This document shows positions 1 through 8,219 of a DNA stretch of 32,546 bases, in pieces (the stretch's first letter is position 1; the number at the start of each line of letters is the position of its first letter). Source of the stretch: Nitrososphaeria archaeon. Its GTDB lineage: Archaea > Thermoproteota > Nitrososphaeria > Conexivisphaerales > UBA164. The stretch lies in NCBI GenBank assembly GCA_029775955.1, contig JARVJW010000085.1:1-32546 (forward strand). The letters run 5' to 3'. The notes beneath the pieces were generated by a model. The model searched no databases. It saw only the letters and a list, made by a program, of their open reading frames with translations, and was not told the DNA's origin. A program made the position numbers and the translations under genes.

Positions 1-473
1 GATCTATCCCGATTGCTTTGAAATCACCCGAGCCCTGTGCTGTTTTATCCTTTATTTTATAGGTTATGCCGTATTGCATTAGGGGTATTGAATGCAGCGC
101 CTTCCTGTACCTTATCTTTCCAATTTTTTTCCCTTTGCTTTCAATAAGGCTTTTGAGGTTGTTTTGCAACCTTTTTATCAGGTATTGTTTCATCTGTGAT
201 GACAATACAATCAGCTCCCTTTCTTCGAATTTATCGCCAACCTTTATGTTTACCTTTTTGTCTTTATAATCTTTATAAGAAACAGAATTCGATATGCCTT
301 TTGATATTATGTAAACCACTTCCCTTCAAGAAAGAGCCTTTGGAGTGAGTCGAATCTTTGCTTTGATATTTTGCTTTTATCTAATTTTATTTCATATACT
401 TTTGCAGTCTGACCTTTCCGCTTGTCTCCCTGCCTTTCTCCCGTATCCTGCTGTTCTTTTCCGCACTAACCAT
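1..473 (-). pseudogene. tnpB: TnpB-like protein, IS607/IS1341-type (family A), N-terminal half. Left-edge copy; the C-terminal part lies outside the window.
   Basis: The minus-strand translation gives ...GQTAKVYEIKLDKSKISKQRFDSLQRLFLEGKWF, then in another frame YIISKGISNSVSYKDYKDKKVNIKVGDKFEERELIVLSSQMKQYLIKRLQ...GKIRYRKALHSIPLMQYGITYKIKDK...GDFKAIGID. This is the typical N-terminal layout of long TnpB/OrfB proteins. The ATG at 473-471, the KVYEIKLDKS segment and the main body lie in three different frames, so at least one frameshift is present. The sequence is roughly 90% similar by eye, with indels, to 32251-32546. Confidence 0.7.
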
Positions 474-548
474 ATTATTTACCTTGACCTTCAACATGCT
501 TTTTTAACACATTACTTGTCCTATTATAGCTGTATGATTATAAATACT

Positions 549-604
549 TTTGCTCGCTTTCATCCAAGTCAAGGGGACTTCCCGCTCGCTGAGTTAAAAA
601 GCTG
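549..604 (-). repeat. Conserved left-end-type motif (copy 1 of 4), upstream of the family-A tnpB start
   Basis: Plus-strand ggggacttcccgctcgctgagttaaaaagct, preceded by tttgctcgctttcatcc. The same pattern recurs at 17621-17675, 22705-22754 and, more weakly, 5577-5600. Consensus GGRMTTCYCGCTYRC-nnGkTTAAA plus a GATGAAAGCGAG-like box on the tnpB-sense strand. Confidence 0.5.
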
Positions 605-624
605 TCCAGAAAAAGGAAAGGATC

Positions 625-1109
625 AATGAACAGGAAGCAGGTTGTGAAGATGCAGGGAATATATCAGCAAGTCAGAGATGCAAGGACGGATTTCAACCAT
701 AATGTGCGATAGCCAAGCACTATGGCACAGTGATTAAAGGCTTAAATGTTCAGGGAACGCAACAAAACCACCATCTTGCAAAGAGCATACCGAATCTGGG
801 ATGGTATCAGTTCGAGGAAATGCTGGAATATAAACTCTCTTGGAGAAACGCTGAACTGATTGAAATAGGACGTTATGAATCATCTTAAAAGATGTGCTCT
901 GAATGTGGAAACGTGAAGCTCTTTGAAAGAATATTGTGATATGTGGTCTTTCAATGGACAGGGATTTGAATGCAGCTATAAGCATCCTGAAATCGGGTCT
1001 AATAAAAGTAGGAACACTCGAATTGACGCCTGTGGAAAGCTACGGTGAACTCTAAAAAGTAGGTTGCCACTCTATGAAGTAGGAACCATTAAAGGGTTGG
1101 AGGATGTCA
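625..1109 (+). pseudogene. tnpB: IS605-type TnpB C-terminal remnant (family B) with its right-end hairpin. The 5' side is truncated where the family-A element abuts it.
   Basis: Patching the plus-strand frames together gives ...GLNVQGTQQNHHLAKSIPNLGWYQFEEMLEYKLSWRNAELIEIGRYESS*KMCSECGNVK...NLTPVE. These are the RuvC-II region, the LEYKA box and a CxxC zinc ribbon, with several stops and frameshifts. The remnant ends with GAAGTAGGAACCATTAAAGGGTTGGAGGATGTCA (1076-1109), matching the right end at 16350-16383. Confidence 0.75.
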
Positions 1110-1237
1110 GTTTGTCGTCTTCAGCTATTTTCGCTTCCCTGAGCGCTTCTGTGAATCCTTCATAAAGCCGACGTAATTTGTAGATGACCTCTTATACCCC
1201 ACAAATTTAAAAGTGCATATTTTTAGCCCGTAAATTA

Positions 1238-3910
1238 TTAAACGGTAGTTGACTTTCTGTGCTTCTTATTGAGCTCTGCCTGCGCTGCCGCAAGCCTGGC
1301 TATTGGAACCCTAAACGGCGAGGCACTTACGTAATCAACGTCAATGCTGTTGAATTTTTCTATTGATTCTGGGTCTCCACCTGTTTCACCACACACGCCA
1401 ACTTCAAGCTCTGGATTCGCTTCCTTGCCCTCCTTTGAGCCTATTGCGACGAGCCTGCCAACTCCTTCAGCATCAAGTGTGGAAAATGGATCAGCCGGCA
1501 GTACCTTGCTGTCAACATAAAATGGTATAAATTTTGCTTCAACATCGTCCCTGCTGAACGCAAAAGTTGCCTGGGTGAGGTCATTTGTGCCAAAGGAGAA
1601 AAAGTCAGCGTACTTGGCTATCCTTGATGCAGTGAGCGCGGCTCTTGGCGTTTCTATCATGGTTCCCACTTTGTACTTTATTGTTTTTCCGCTGGCTTTC
1701 ATTGTTTCTTCAGCAACCCTCGTAACTATCTCCTTTGCACGCCTGAGTTCCTCCGCTTCTGCAAGCTGTGAAATCATTACTTCAACTATTGGAGCTTCAC
1801 CTTCTTCATTTAAAACTTCCAGTGCTGCCTCAAATATTGCAGCAACCTGCATCTCATATATCTCAGGATACATTAGCGCTAGCCTGACCCCTCTCTGACC
1901 CATCATTGGATTGTACTCTTTTAGCTCCATTACTCTCTTCAGAACTTTTTCCTTCTCGGCCAGCAGCTGTCTATCTTTTCCAGTTAACCTCAACTCTGTG
2001 ACTTCTGGCAGTATTTCCTCAAGCTTTGGCAGAAATTCGTGCAAAGGCATATCCAGCAGCCTTATCGTAACTGGCAGCCCCTTCATTATTTTGAATAATG
2101 CCTTAAAGTCGTTCTTTTGCAGGGGTTTGATCTGGTTAAGGTACTTTTTCCTTTCCTCCACAGTGTCAGACAGTATCATTTTTTGCACCATAATGAGCCT
2201 GTCAGGGGCATTAAACATCCTTTCTGTCCTGGCAAGCCCTATGCCCTCTGCCCTATTTTCACTTGCCTTCGCTGCCATTTCTGGAGTATCGGCGTTTGCC
2301 CTTACCTTTAGCCTTCTAAAGCTGTCAGCCCACTCAAGTATCTGGGCTACGCCGCCACTCAGCTTTGGCTCTACAAGTGACAGCTCCCCCTCAAATACAC
2401 TTCCTGTCGTTCCATCTATTGTTATTATTTCTCCCTCCTTTACTGTTTTACCATTGACTTCAAAATAATGCATGTCCATGTTTATCTTTATTGATTCTGC
2501 ACCTACAATGCAGGGCTTTCCCATGCCTCTGGTGACAACCGCCGCATGGCTTGTCATGCCACCCCTGCTCGTCAGAATGCCATCTGCTGCAGCTATTCCC
2601 ACTATATCTTCTGGTGTAGTTTCTGGCCTGACAAGAATTACCTTCTCTCCTCTCTTTTTCAATTCCTGCGCTTTTTCATTTGTAAAAATAACTTTGCCAA
2701 TAGCAGCTCCTGGCGATGCTGCAAGCCCCTTTGCTATTGGTGAGATTTTTATGTTTGGATCAACCTGTTTATATAGGAGGGTTTGAATCTGGTTTGGCTC
2801 GACCCTGAGCACGGCCTCCTCCTTTTTTATCAATCCCTCGTTTACCATATCAATGGCTATTTTAACTGCAGCTGCAGCTGTCCTTTTGGCATTCCTGGTC
2901 TGCAGCATGTAAAGTTTCCCACTTTCAACTGTAAACTCTATATCCTGCATGTCCTTGAAATACTTCTCCAGCTTACTGGCTATATCTTCAAGTTGCATGT
3001 ATGCTTCTGGCATTATTTCCTTTAGCTTTTCGACAGGTAAAGGCGTTCTTATTCCAGCAACGACATCCTCTCCCTGAGCCTTAAGCAAAAACTCACCATA
3101 AAACTTCTTTTCACCAGTTGATGGGTTCCTTGTAAATGCAACGCCTGTTCCACTTCTATCATCCATGTTGCCAAATACCATCATTACTATGTTTACAGCA
3201 GTGCCTAGTTCATCTGGTATTTTGTAAATCTTCCTGTACTCAATTGCCCTCTGGGTCCACCAGGATTCAAAAACTGCGCCCACAGCCATAAATAGCTGTT
3301 CCCATGGATCCTGAGGCAGGTCCTTTCCCGTATTATCCTTTATTATTTTCTTGTACCTTTTAACAAGTTCTCTCCATCCTTCTGCTGAAACTTCTATATC
3401 ATTTTTAACTTTCAGTTCATCTTTCAACCTTTCCAGCTCCCTGTCAAATAGCTCCCCTGAGACTTTCATTACAATTTTGCCAAATAGCTGTATAAAGCGC
3501 CTGTACGTATCATAAGCAAACCTTTCATCATTAAATTTTTTAGCCACAGCATCAACAACAGTATCGTTTATGCCAAGGTTAAGCACCGTATCCATCATTC
3601 CAGGCATTGAATATGGAGCTCCTGACCTGACAGATACCAATAGAGGGTTGTTTGTGTCATTAAACCTCTTTCCCACTTTACTTTCAAGCGCTTTTACCTT
3701 TTGAGTTATTGCATCCTGCAATTCAGGCCACAGCTTTTTCTCCCTCTTAAAATATTCATTGCACATCCTAGTTGTTATTACCACGCCCGAAGGCACAGGA
3801 AGCCCAAGCCTTGTCATTTCAACTAGGCCATACCCTTTTCCACCAAGCTCAAACTTTGTTAAATTCAGCGAAGCTGCTTCTTCAAACAGATACACTTCTA
3901 CCTGACTCAT
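1238..3910 (-). CDS. ppdK: Pyruvate, phosphate dikinase
   Basis: An 890-aa uninterrupted ORF. The N-terminal ATP-grasp region reads LGGKGYGLVEMTRLGLPVPSGVVITT. The phosphohistidine loop reads GGMTSHAAVVTRGMGKPCIVG. The C-terminal PEP/pyruvate domain ends in DYVSASPFRVPIARLAAAQA, which is diagnostic of PPDK rather than PEP synthase. Confidence 0.95.
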   Translation of the reverse strand: MSQVEVYLFEEAASLNLTKFELGGKGYGLVEMTRLGLPVPSGVVITTRMCNEYFKREKKLWPELQDAITQKVKALESKVGKRFNDTNNPLLVSVRSGAPYSMPGMMDTVLNLGINDTVVDAVAKKFNDERFAYDTYRRFIQLFGKIVMKVSGELFDRELERLKDELKVKNDIEVSAEGWRELVKRYKKIIKDNTGKDLPQDPWEQLFMAVGAVFESWWTQRAIEYRKIYKIPDELGTAVNIVMMVFGNMDDRSGTGVAFTRNPSTGEKKFYGEFLLKAQGEDVVAGIRTPLPVEKLKEIMPEAYMQLEDIASKLEKYFKDMQDIEFTVESGKLYMLQTRNAKRTAAAAVKIAIDMVNEGLIKKEEAVLRVEPNQIQTLLYKQVDPNIKISPIAKGLAASPGAAIGKVIFTNEKAQELKKRGEKVILVRPETTPEDIVGIAAADGILTSRGGMTSHAAVVTRGMGKPCIVGAESIKINMDMHYFEVNGKTVKEGEIITIDGTTGSVFEGELSLVEPKLSGGVAQILEWADSFRRLKVRANADTPEMAAKASENRAEGIGLARTERMFNAPDRLIMVQKMILSDTVEERKKYLNQIKPLQKNDFKALFKIMKGLPVTIRLLDMPLHEFLPKLEEILPEVTELRLTGKDRQLLAEKEKVLKRVMELKEYNPMMGQRGVRLALMYPEIYEMQVAAIFEAALEVLNEEGEAPIVEVMISQLAEAEELRRAKEIVTRVAEETMKASGKTIKYKVGTMIETPRAALTASRIAKYADFFSFGTNDLTQATFAFSRDDVEAKFIPFYVDSKVLPADPFSTLDAEGVGRLVAIGSKEGKEANPELEVGVCGETGGDPESIEKFNSIDVDYVSASPFRVPIARLAAAQAELNKKHRKSTTV

Positions 3911-3930
3911 ATGACATGCATCAAGCCTAA

Positions 3931-3940
3931 TATTATATAA
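3931..3940 (-). promoter_or_regulatory. Candidate TATA box for ppdK (leaderless or very short leader)
   Basis: Minus-strand TTATATAATA is centred about 25 nt upstream of the ppdK ATG (3910-3908). This spacing is typical for archaeal box A relative to a leaderless start. Confidence 0.35.
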
Positions 3941-4022
3941 GTGTTAACCCTTGCAATAGCTTGTGTCACGTTCCAAAATTGTTAAATTGGTTGTGCACAA
4001 AAAGTTGAAAACAGCAAAGTCT

Positions 4023-4472
4023 TCTGACATACTCTCCACCCTAAAGGGTTCTAAGGTCTCCATCATCCTTGAAGTTGCCTCTTTGGGTATGTGCTCCCTT
4101 TGCACGCATCTGCATGCAATTGACTTCCCATTAAAGGTGGACGCAACGCTATGTTGAATAAAGCGTTTGCATCAGCGTGGTCAACGTGCCCACATTGGCA
4201 CTTCCCTGAGCGGTTGCCTATCTGTCCACACCTTGAACATTCCTTCAATGTATGATACGGATCAACAACGCGCATTCCAAGTAGTCTGGCTTTGTATTCT
4301 AGCATCTGTTATAGAATGACCAGCTATTCAAGGAATACCTGAAATTTCTGCTAGATTTTGCATTTCTTATCCCCTGCAGATATTCAAGCTTAATTCCAAC
4401 TCTGTTTCGCTTCCTCTTTTCTTTGATGCTTTATGGTTCAGGTCTTTTTTTTATATTTTTCTTTATCATTTA
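4023..4472 (-). mobile_element. tnpB: TnpB-element right-end module D1: C-terminal zinc-ribbon mini-ORF (4063-4305) plus right-end hairpin. Truncated at 4472/4473 by an IS5-like element.
   Basis: The 80-aa ORF reads [28 protein letters not shown]...[18 protein letters not shown], which covers the TnpB LEYKA box, a CxxC...CxC ribbon and the last RuvC Asp region. Upstream, in another frame, is ...IKLEYLQGIR...FRYSLNSWSFY (RuvC-II Glu box), so there is a frameshift at the ORF start. The right end is ...GAACCCTTTAGGGTGGAGAGTATGTCAGA (rc of 4023-4051). Identical to 13424-13873 apart from 3 mismatches found by eye. Confidence 0.8.
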
Positions 4473-5405
4473 GCTTGTAGCTCAACTTGACACTTATGTC
4501 AACTATTTCTGTCATCACCTGATTTACAGTGTTTGTCATCAAGTGTTGTCATGCCCATTGATATGTCCTGGCACGACTATAACGAAGCATTAGTGGAAAG
4601 GGAAAGCATGATCCTAGACTTCCTGGACTCCTGGAGGGAGGAGCTGCGAGAGATGAACGGCAGCAATAAGGTAGGTTCGTGTGCCCAGATTCGTACATCG
4701 AATTCCCCTCGTACCTCAAAGTTGGCCTTGACATACAGGACCGTACAGGGGATTACCAGGTCGCTCTCCTAATACATTAAACCCATGCAGGAGGTACACT
4801 TTACTCAAATAAGGATGCTTTCCATGGTGAGGAAAAGGAAGTTAGGGCCGATCACGGCTACAAATGACAAGGAGGGGCCATAGTTGTGGACTCGGCATAT
4901 CCACCACAAAGAAGGGCCCCTATATAGAGCAGATGTGGAGGAGGGAAAGGAGGAAGTTCATCAGGCTGCACACAATGGCCGATAGGAAGGGCAAGGTGGT
5001 CGGGTTCAGGGTCACCTCTGAAAGGACTGGCGATACCAAGAAGTTTGTGCCCCTCGTAAAGGAGACAGTAAGGAAGAAGGGGAACGTAACGAAGGCCGAC
5101 GCCGCCTACGACTCAAAGAAGAACTTCAACCTGCTTGGCTGGGCATAGAGCCGGCCATAAACCTGAGGGAGAACGCTGTAACCAACTCTGAGGGGTCCTA
5201 TGCTAGGAAGCGGGCTAAGGAGTACGGTGGCTGGTGGAGATATTCTTCTCGGCGTTCAAGAGGGTGACAGCGTAAGCTCTAGACGATTTCAGAAGGCTGA
5301 GCTGTCACTAAAGGTGTTACTGTACAGCAGGTTTTAGTACATGTAGGGAAAGACGAGACCCGTCCTACGGAGAGGAATTGCATTAACAGGAGTTGAGCTA
5401 CAAGC
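4473..5405 (+). mobile_element. ISC1058-like (IS5-family) DDE insertion sequence no. 1; transposase decayed
   Basis: Perfect 15-bp terminal inverted repeats GCTTGTAGCTCAACT (4473-4487) and AGTTGAGCTACAAGC (5391-5405), flanked by TA on both sides. Plus-strand fragments read WHDYNEALVERESMILDF..WREELREMN, then RFVCPDSYIEF (other frame), YRTVQGITRSLS, ...KFIRLHTMADRKGKVVGFRVTSE..., ...ADAAYDSKKNFNLL. This matches the W-x2-YN-x2-LV-x-RG / DGxYD layout I recall for ISC1058-type transposases. Several frameshifts are present. Confidence 0.7.
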
Positions 5406-5407
5406 TA

Positions 5408-5600
5408 GACTTCGAGGAAATACTTATAAACCAAACGGCATGCCCAAAGTGCTTTTCCAATAAAACCTTATGCTGCTCATTGTGATACAATCGCACTTTG
5501 AGAGCCTTAATCATTGCTTACACAATATGTTAATTGTTCATAAACATAGTGATTCATCCCCTGCCTGAAAAGGCATGGGCTTGCTCAAATTTTGGTAAAC
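5408..5600 (-). pseudogene. tnpB: IS605-type TnpB N-terminal stub (family G) with its left-end region. Cut off by IS no. 1 after about 36 codons.
   Basis: Starting from the ATG at 5514-5512, the minus strand reads MIKALKVRLYHNEQHKVLLEKHFG and then, shifted by one nt, ACRLVYKYFLEV. This is the canonical TnpB N-terminus (KAYKFRIYPN..Q...L...FG.xRfVYN). The upstream left-end-like motif gggcttgctcaaattttggtaaac lies at 5577-5600. Confidence 0.65.
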
Positions 5601-5688
5601 ATTGAAAGGTTTGCCCAACCACCTAGGGACAATTGGCGCAAGCGAAGCGCAGAGGCAAATTACATATTTGAAGGTTTACACCACCGTC

Positions 5689-6061
5689 AACTACTAACCC
5701 CCTTGTCGCTTGCCTTTCCGCAGGCATGGATTCACTTAGCTAACGATTAGCTTGTTGAGAACAGCACTAAGATTTACCTTAAATGTTCCTTGAGGCATTT
5801 AATCAAAAACCACAGTTCAGGCAATTAAATTACCCTTCCTGTTATCAATGTAATTGTATCTGAGCATTTTTGTGATTAGGGTCCACAAGCAACACCTTTT
5901 TGCCCATGGCTTTGTATTTGATAACTTGCTTGAAGAGACCGAGCTTGAACCCCCTTTCCCGTTTTTCATCTTATTAGGCTCAAGGCGTCAATGGCAGGTT
6001 TTGATATTACATGGTTAAGCACTAACCGTCTTTGCTGTGAGTATAACGAGTGTCCACGTGC
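5689..6061 (-). pseudogene. tnpB: TnpB-like C-terminal remnant F1 (paralogue of 20576-20960)
   Basis: About 85% similar by eye to 20576-20960. The minus-strand patchwork in the better copy reads LKQFIKYKAMGKSMLFVNKIYT..SKCSKCGYTNKNNRKG..FNCLNCGF..NASMNIEGK (LEYKA-like box and CxxC...CxxC ribbon). The right end is GAATCCATGCCTGCGGAAAGGCAAGCGACAAGGGGGTTAGTAGTT. Homology stops at 6061, one nt from the stop codon of the OsmC-like gene. Confidence 0.6.
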
Positions 6062-6604
6062 TTAGTTAGAATATATCAGATTTCCGTTCATGTATACGTT
6101 GGTGTGGGTGGGGACCGCACGCCTCAGTGTATTATGGACGTAGCATAGCCCTTCAGCGTCCCTGCATAGCCCTTCAGCGTCATTGGACGCGCCCCTTATC
6201 CGTTCAACGCTTTCAGAACCGGTCAACATTATGTCAAAGGTCAAGCTTCTGAAAAGGCCATTTATTCTCCTGTCAATCTGCCCGGTCACCGTTGCGTTTA
6301 GCGTGTCCACCTTCAGCCCTTTGCTTATGATCAACGCTGCCCATTGGGTTAGAAAGCACGCACCTGCGCCCATTAGGAATGTCTCCAAAGGCGTCACTCC
6401 ATTACCCTGCCCACCCCTCTCTGGTGATTCATCTATATCCAGCGAAAGTCCTCTCCCTTCTGAGGCAGTTCCCCTGAAGTGAAGGTGCTCCAGATGTTCC
6501 AGCTTCACCTTGACGGTGCCTGGAAGCTCCTCCTTTGCACTTTGCCTCATTTTTATGTGATCATTTATTCGGTTCAAAAGGACCTTGTCATGGCTAATTT
6601 TCAT
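6062..6604 (-). CDS. OsmC/Ohr-family peroxiredoxin-like protein
   Basis: A 180-aa ORF. The family core reads GGQGNGVTPLETFLMGAGACFLTQ (first conserved Cys), with the C-terminal Cys motif AEGLCYVHNTL. A TATA-like ggtatatatat lies about 30 nt upstream. The gene contains an in-frame 21-bp tandem duplication (see findings). Confidence 0.8.
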   Translation of the reverse strand: MKISHDKVLLNRINDHIKMRQSAKEELPGTVKVKLEHLEHLHFRGTASEGRGLSLDIDESPERGGQGNGVTPLETFLMGAGACFLTQWAALIISKGLKVDTLNATVTGQIDRRINGLFRSLTFDIMLTGSESVERIRGASNDAEGLCRDAEGLCYVHNTLRRAVPTHTNVYMNGNLIYSN

Positions 6605-6787
6605 CTTACTACTTTTATATTAGGCTCATATATATACCTATCTCTATGATCGGCTGTGGGACAAAATTCCACAGATGGGGCACTGATGTCGTCTTGCATG
6701 GCCACAGAGGTTATAGCGGGCGCTGCATCATGGACGAAGCCCATCCCAAGGGCAGGAACTGCATAACAGGATTTTTGCTTCAAGCTA

Positions 6788-8185
6788 CTAAGGAGCTGTT
6801 TTTTGTTGCTTCTGTTCAATCGCTTGCTTCTTACCAAACCATTTAGGTATTAAATTTGCGATTAAATTCAGGAATATTGCTGTCAGTGTAGCAAGTACTA
6901 TAGGGCTGATAATAGCTGCTTTGAGATATGATGGTATACCTGAGAACGCAATTGCGGGTACAGATGAGATTCCTAAGCCAAGTGCAAGTGAAATAGCAAC
7001 TATAAGCATGTTCTTGTTATTCCATGTCATTTGTGAAATTATTCTGAGCCCAGTAATAAGAAGCATCGAATATATTACGAGAAAGGCTGACCCGAGTACA
7101 GCATCTGGAATTGAAACTATGAACGCCCCTATTTTAGGAATAAAGCCAAGTATTATAAGGAATATACCAGTAGCTGTAAAAACGCGCCTAGCCCCCACTC
7201 TTGTTATTTGAATTGCACCCACGTTTTGCGCAAATGTTGTTGTGCTCATACCACCAATTAACAACGCTATAATTGATCCGATGATTTCTCCGGTCAATCC
7301 TTTTCTTACTCTTGAATCTTCAACCTTTACATTGTCCAGATCACCTACCGTATAATAGACACCAACTGCTTCTGTAACCAACATCAGTGTTGCTATAAAC
7401 ACAGCAAGTATGGCAACTTCTATTCCTAACGATGTTATCTGTACGCCGTATCTGACAAAAAAGGGTACAGGGATCGCCACCAATGGGTAAGATACAACCT
7501 TGGACATGCTCATTATGCCAACCCCATATGAGAATATTGCACCAATAAACAGCCCAATTATAATTGATCCAAAACGAAGTATCCCCTTTTTGAATATAAA
7601 TATCAAGGCTAGAATTACAACTATTGTTATAAATCCACCAAGATCTGGTAGAAATTTGTAACCGCTATCATTTATTAATCCTATCGCAGCCCCTATTAGG
7701 ACAACACCAATAATTGTAATCAAAACTCCGTATACTTGTGGATCACGCACAAGTACAAGAAGGTATTCTATTATGCTTTTTTTACCGTTTTTAGATGGAA
7801 TAAATGGTACTAAGAAGAGTCCTATTATTATTGCAGAAATAAGAGCTGATGATATAAAAGACGCGAAGCTGACTCCAAGTGTAGCTAATGTCACACCGAC
7901 GCCGCTTATTGAAGCGCCAATTCCCTGTGCAACTGGCAATCTCAACAAGACTGCTGATTGTAACAGTGTAGTGACTCCTGATCCTATAAGCACAGCCTGA
8001 ATTAGGTAAATTAGATTAGCTGGTGGCATATGGAATGCTACTCCTAGCACAACAGGAAGTGCAAACACGCTATCCATAACTAGAAGCTGTTCAAATCCAT
8101 AAACAATGTATTCCCAGATCGAAAGTTTATCTTCAAAATGATAGTAAAGTGAATTCTCATCAGAAGTTTTATTATTTACCATCAA
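6788..8185 (-). CDS. NCS2-family nucleobase (xanthine/uracil-type) permease
   Basis: A 465-aa polytopic membrane ORF. NCS2-like motifs are TTTFAQNVGAIQITRVGARRV and IPDAVLGSAFLVIYSMLLITGLRI. Confidence 0.85.
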   Translation of the reverse strand: MMVNNKTSDENSLYYHFEDKLSIWEYIVYGFEQLLVMDSVFALPVVLGVAFHMPPANLIYLIQAVLIGSGVTTLLQSAVLLRLPVAQGIGASISGVGVTLATLGVSFASFISSALISAIIIGLFLVPFIPSKNGKKSIIEYLLVLVRDPQVYGVLITIIGVVLIGAAIGLINDSGYKFLPDLGGFITIVVILALIFIFKKGILRFGSIIIGLFIGAIFSYGVGIMSMSKVVSYPLVAIPVPFFVRYGVQITSLGIEVAILAVFIATLMLVTEAVGVYYTVGDLDNVKVEDSRVRKGLTGEIIGSIIALLIGGMSTTTFAQNVGAIQITRVGARRVFTATGIFLIILGFIPKIGAFIVSIPDAVLGSAFLVIYSMLLITGLRIISQMTWNNKNMLIVAISLALGLGISSVPAIAFSGIPSYLKAAIISPIVLATLTAIFLNLIANLIPKWFGKKQAIEQKQQKTAP

Positions 8186-8219
8186 TTAACATAAAATAGA
8201 CTAATATTTAAATATATAT

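Noticed and set aside
1-4. The window starts with GATC, suggesting a Sau3AI/MboI cloning junction (fosmid or cosmid insert)
   Set aside because: A 4-mer can occur by chance, and the other window end shows no matching site. Both ends fall inside copies of the same IS family, which explains the window or contig boundaries just as well.
1575-3025. Plus-strand ORFs of 64-185 aa inside the ppdK region (1575-1898, 1911-2468, 2117-2311, 2472-2786, 2546-2743, 2783-3025)
   Set aside because: They are antisense shadows of a well-supported 890-aa gene. The translations are low-complexity and S/F/L-rich, with no motifs.
6601-6837. 78-aa minus-strand ORF between the OsmC-like gene and the permease
   Set aside because: It overlaps the permease 3' end and the OsmC promoter region, has no motifs, and no plausible start context.
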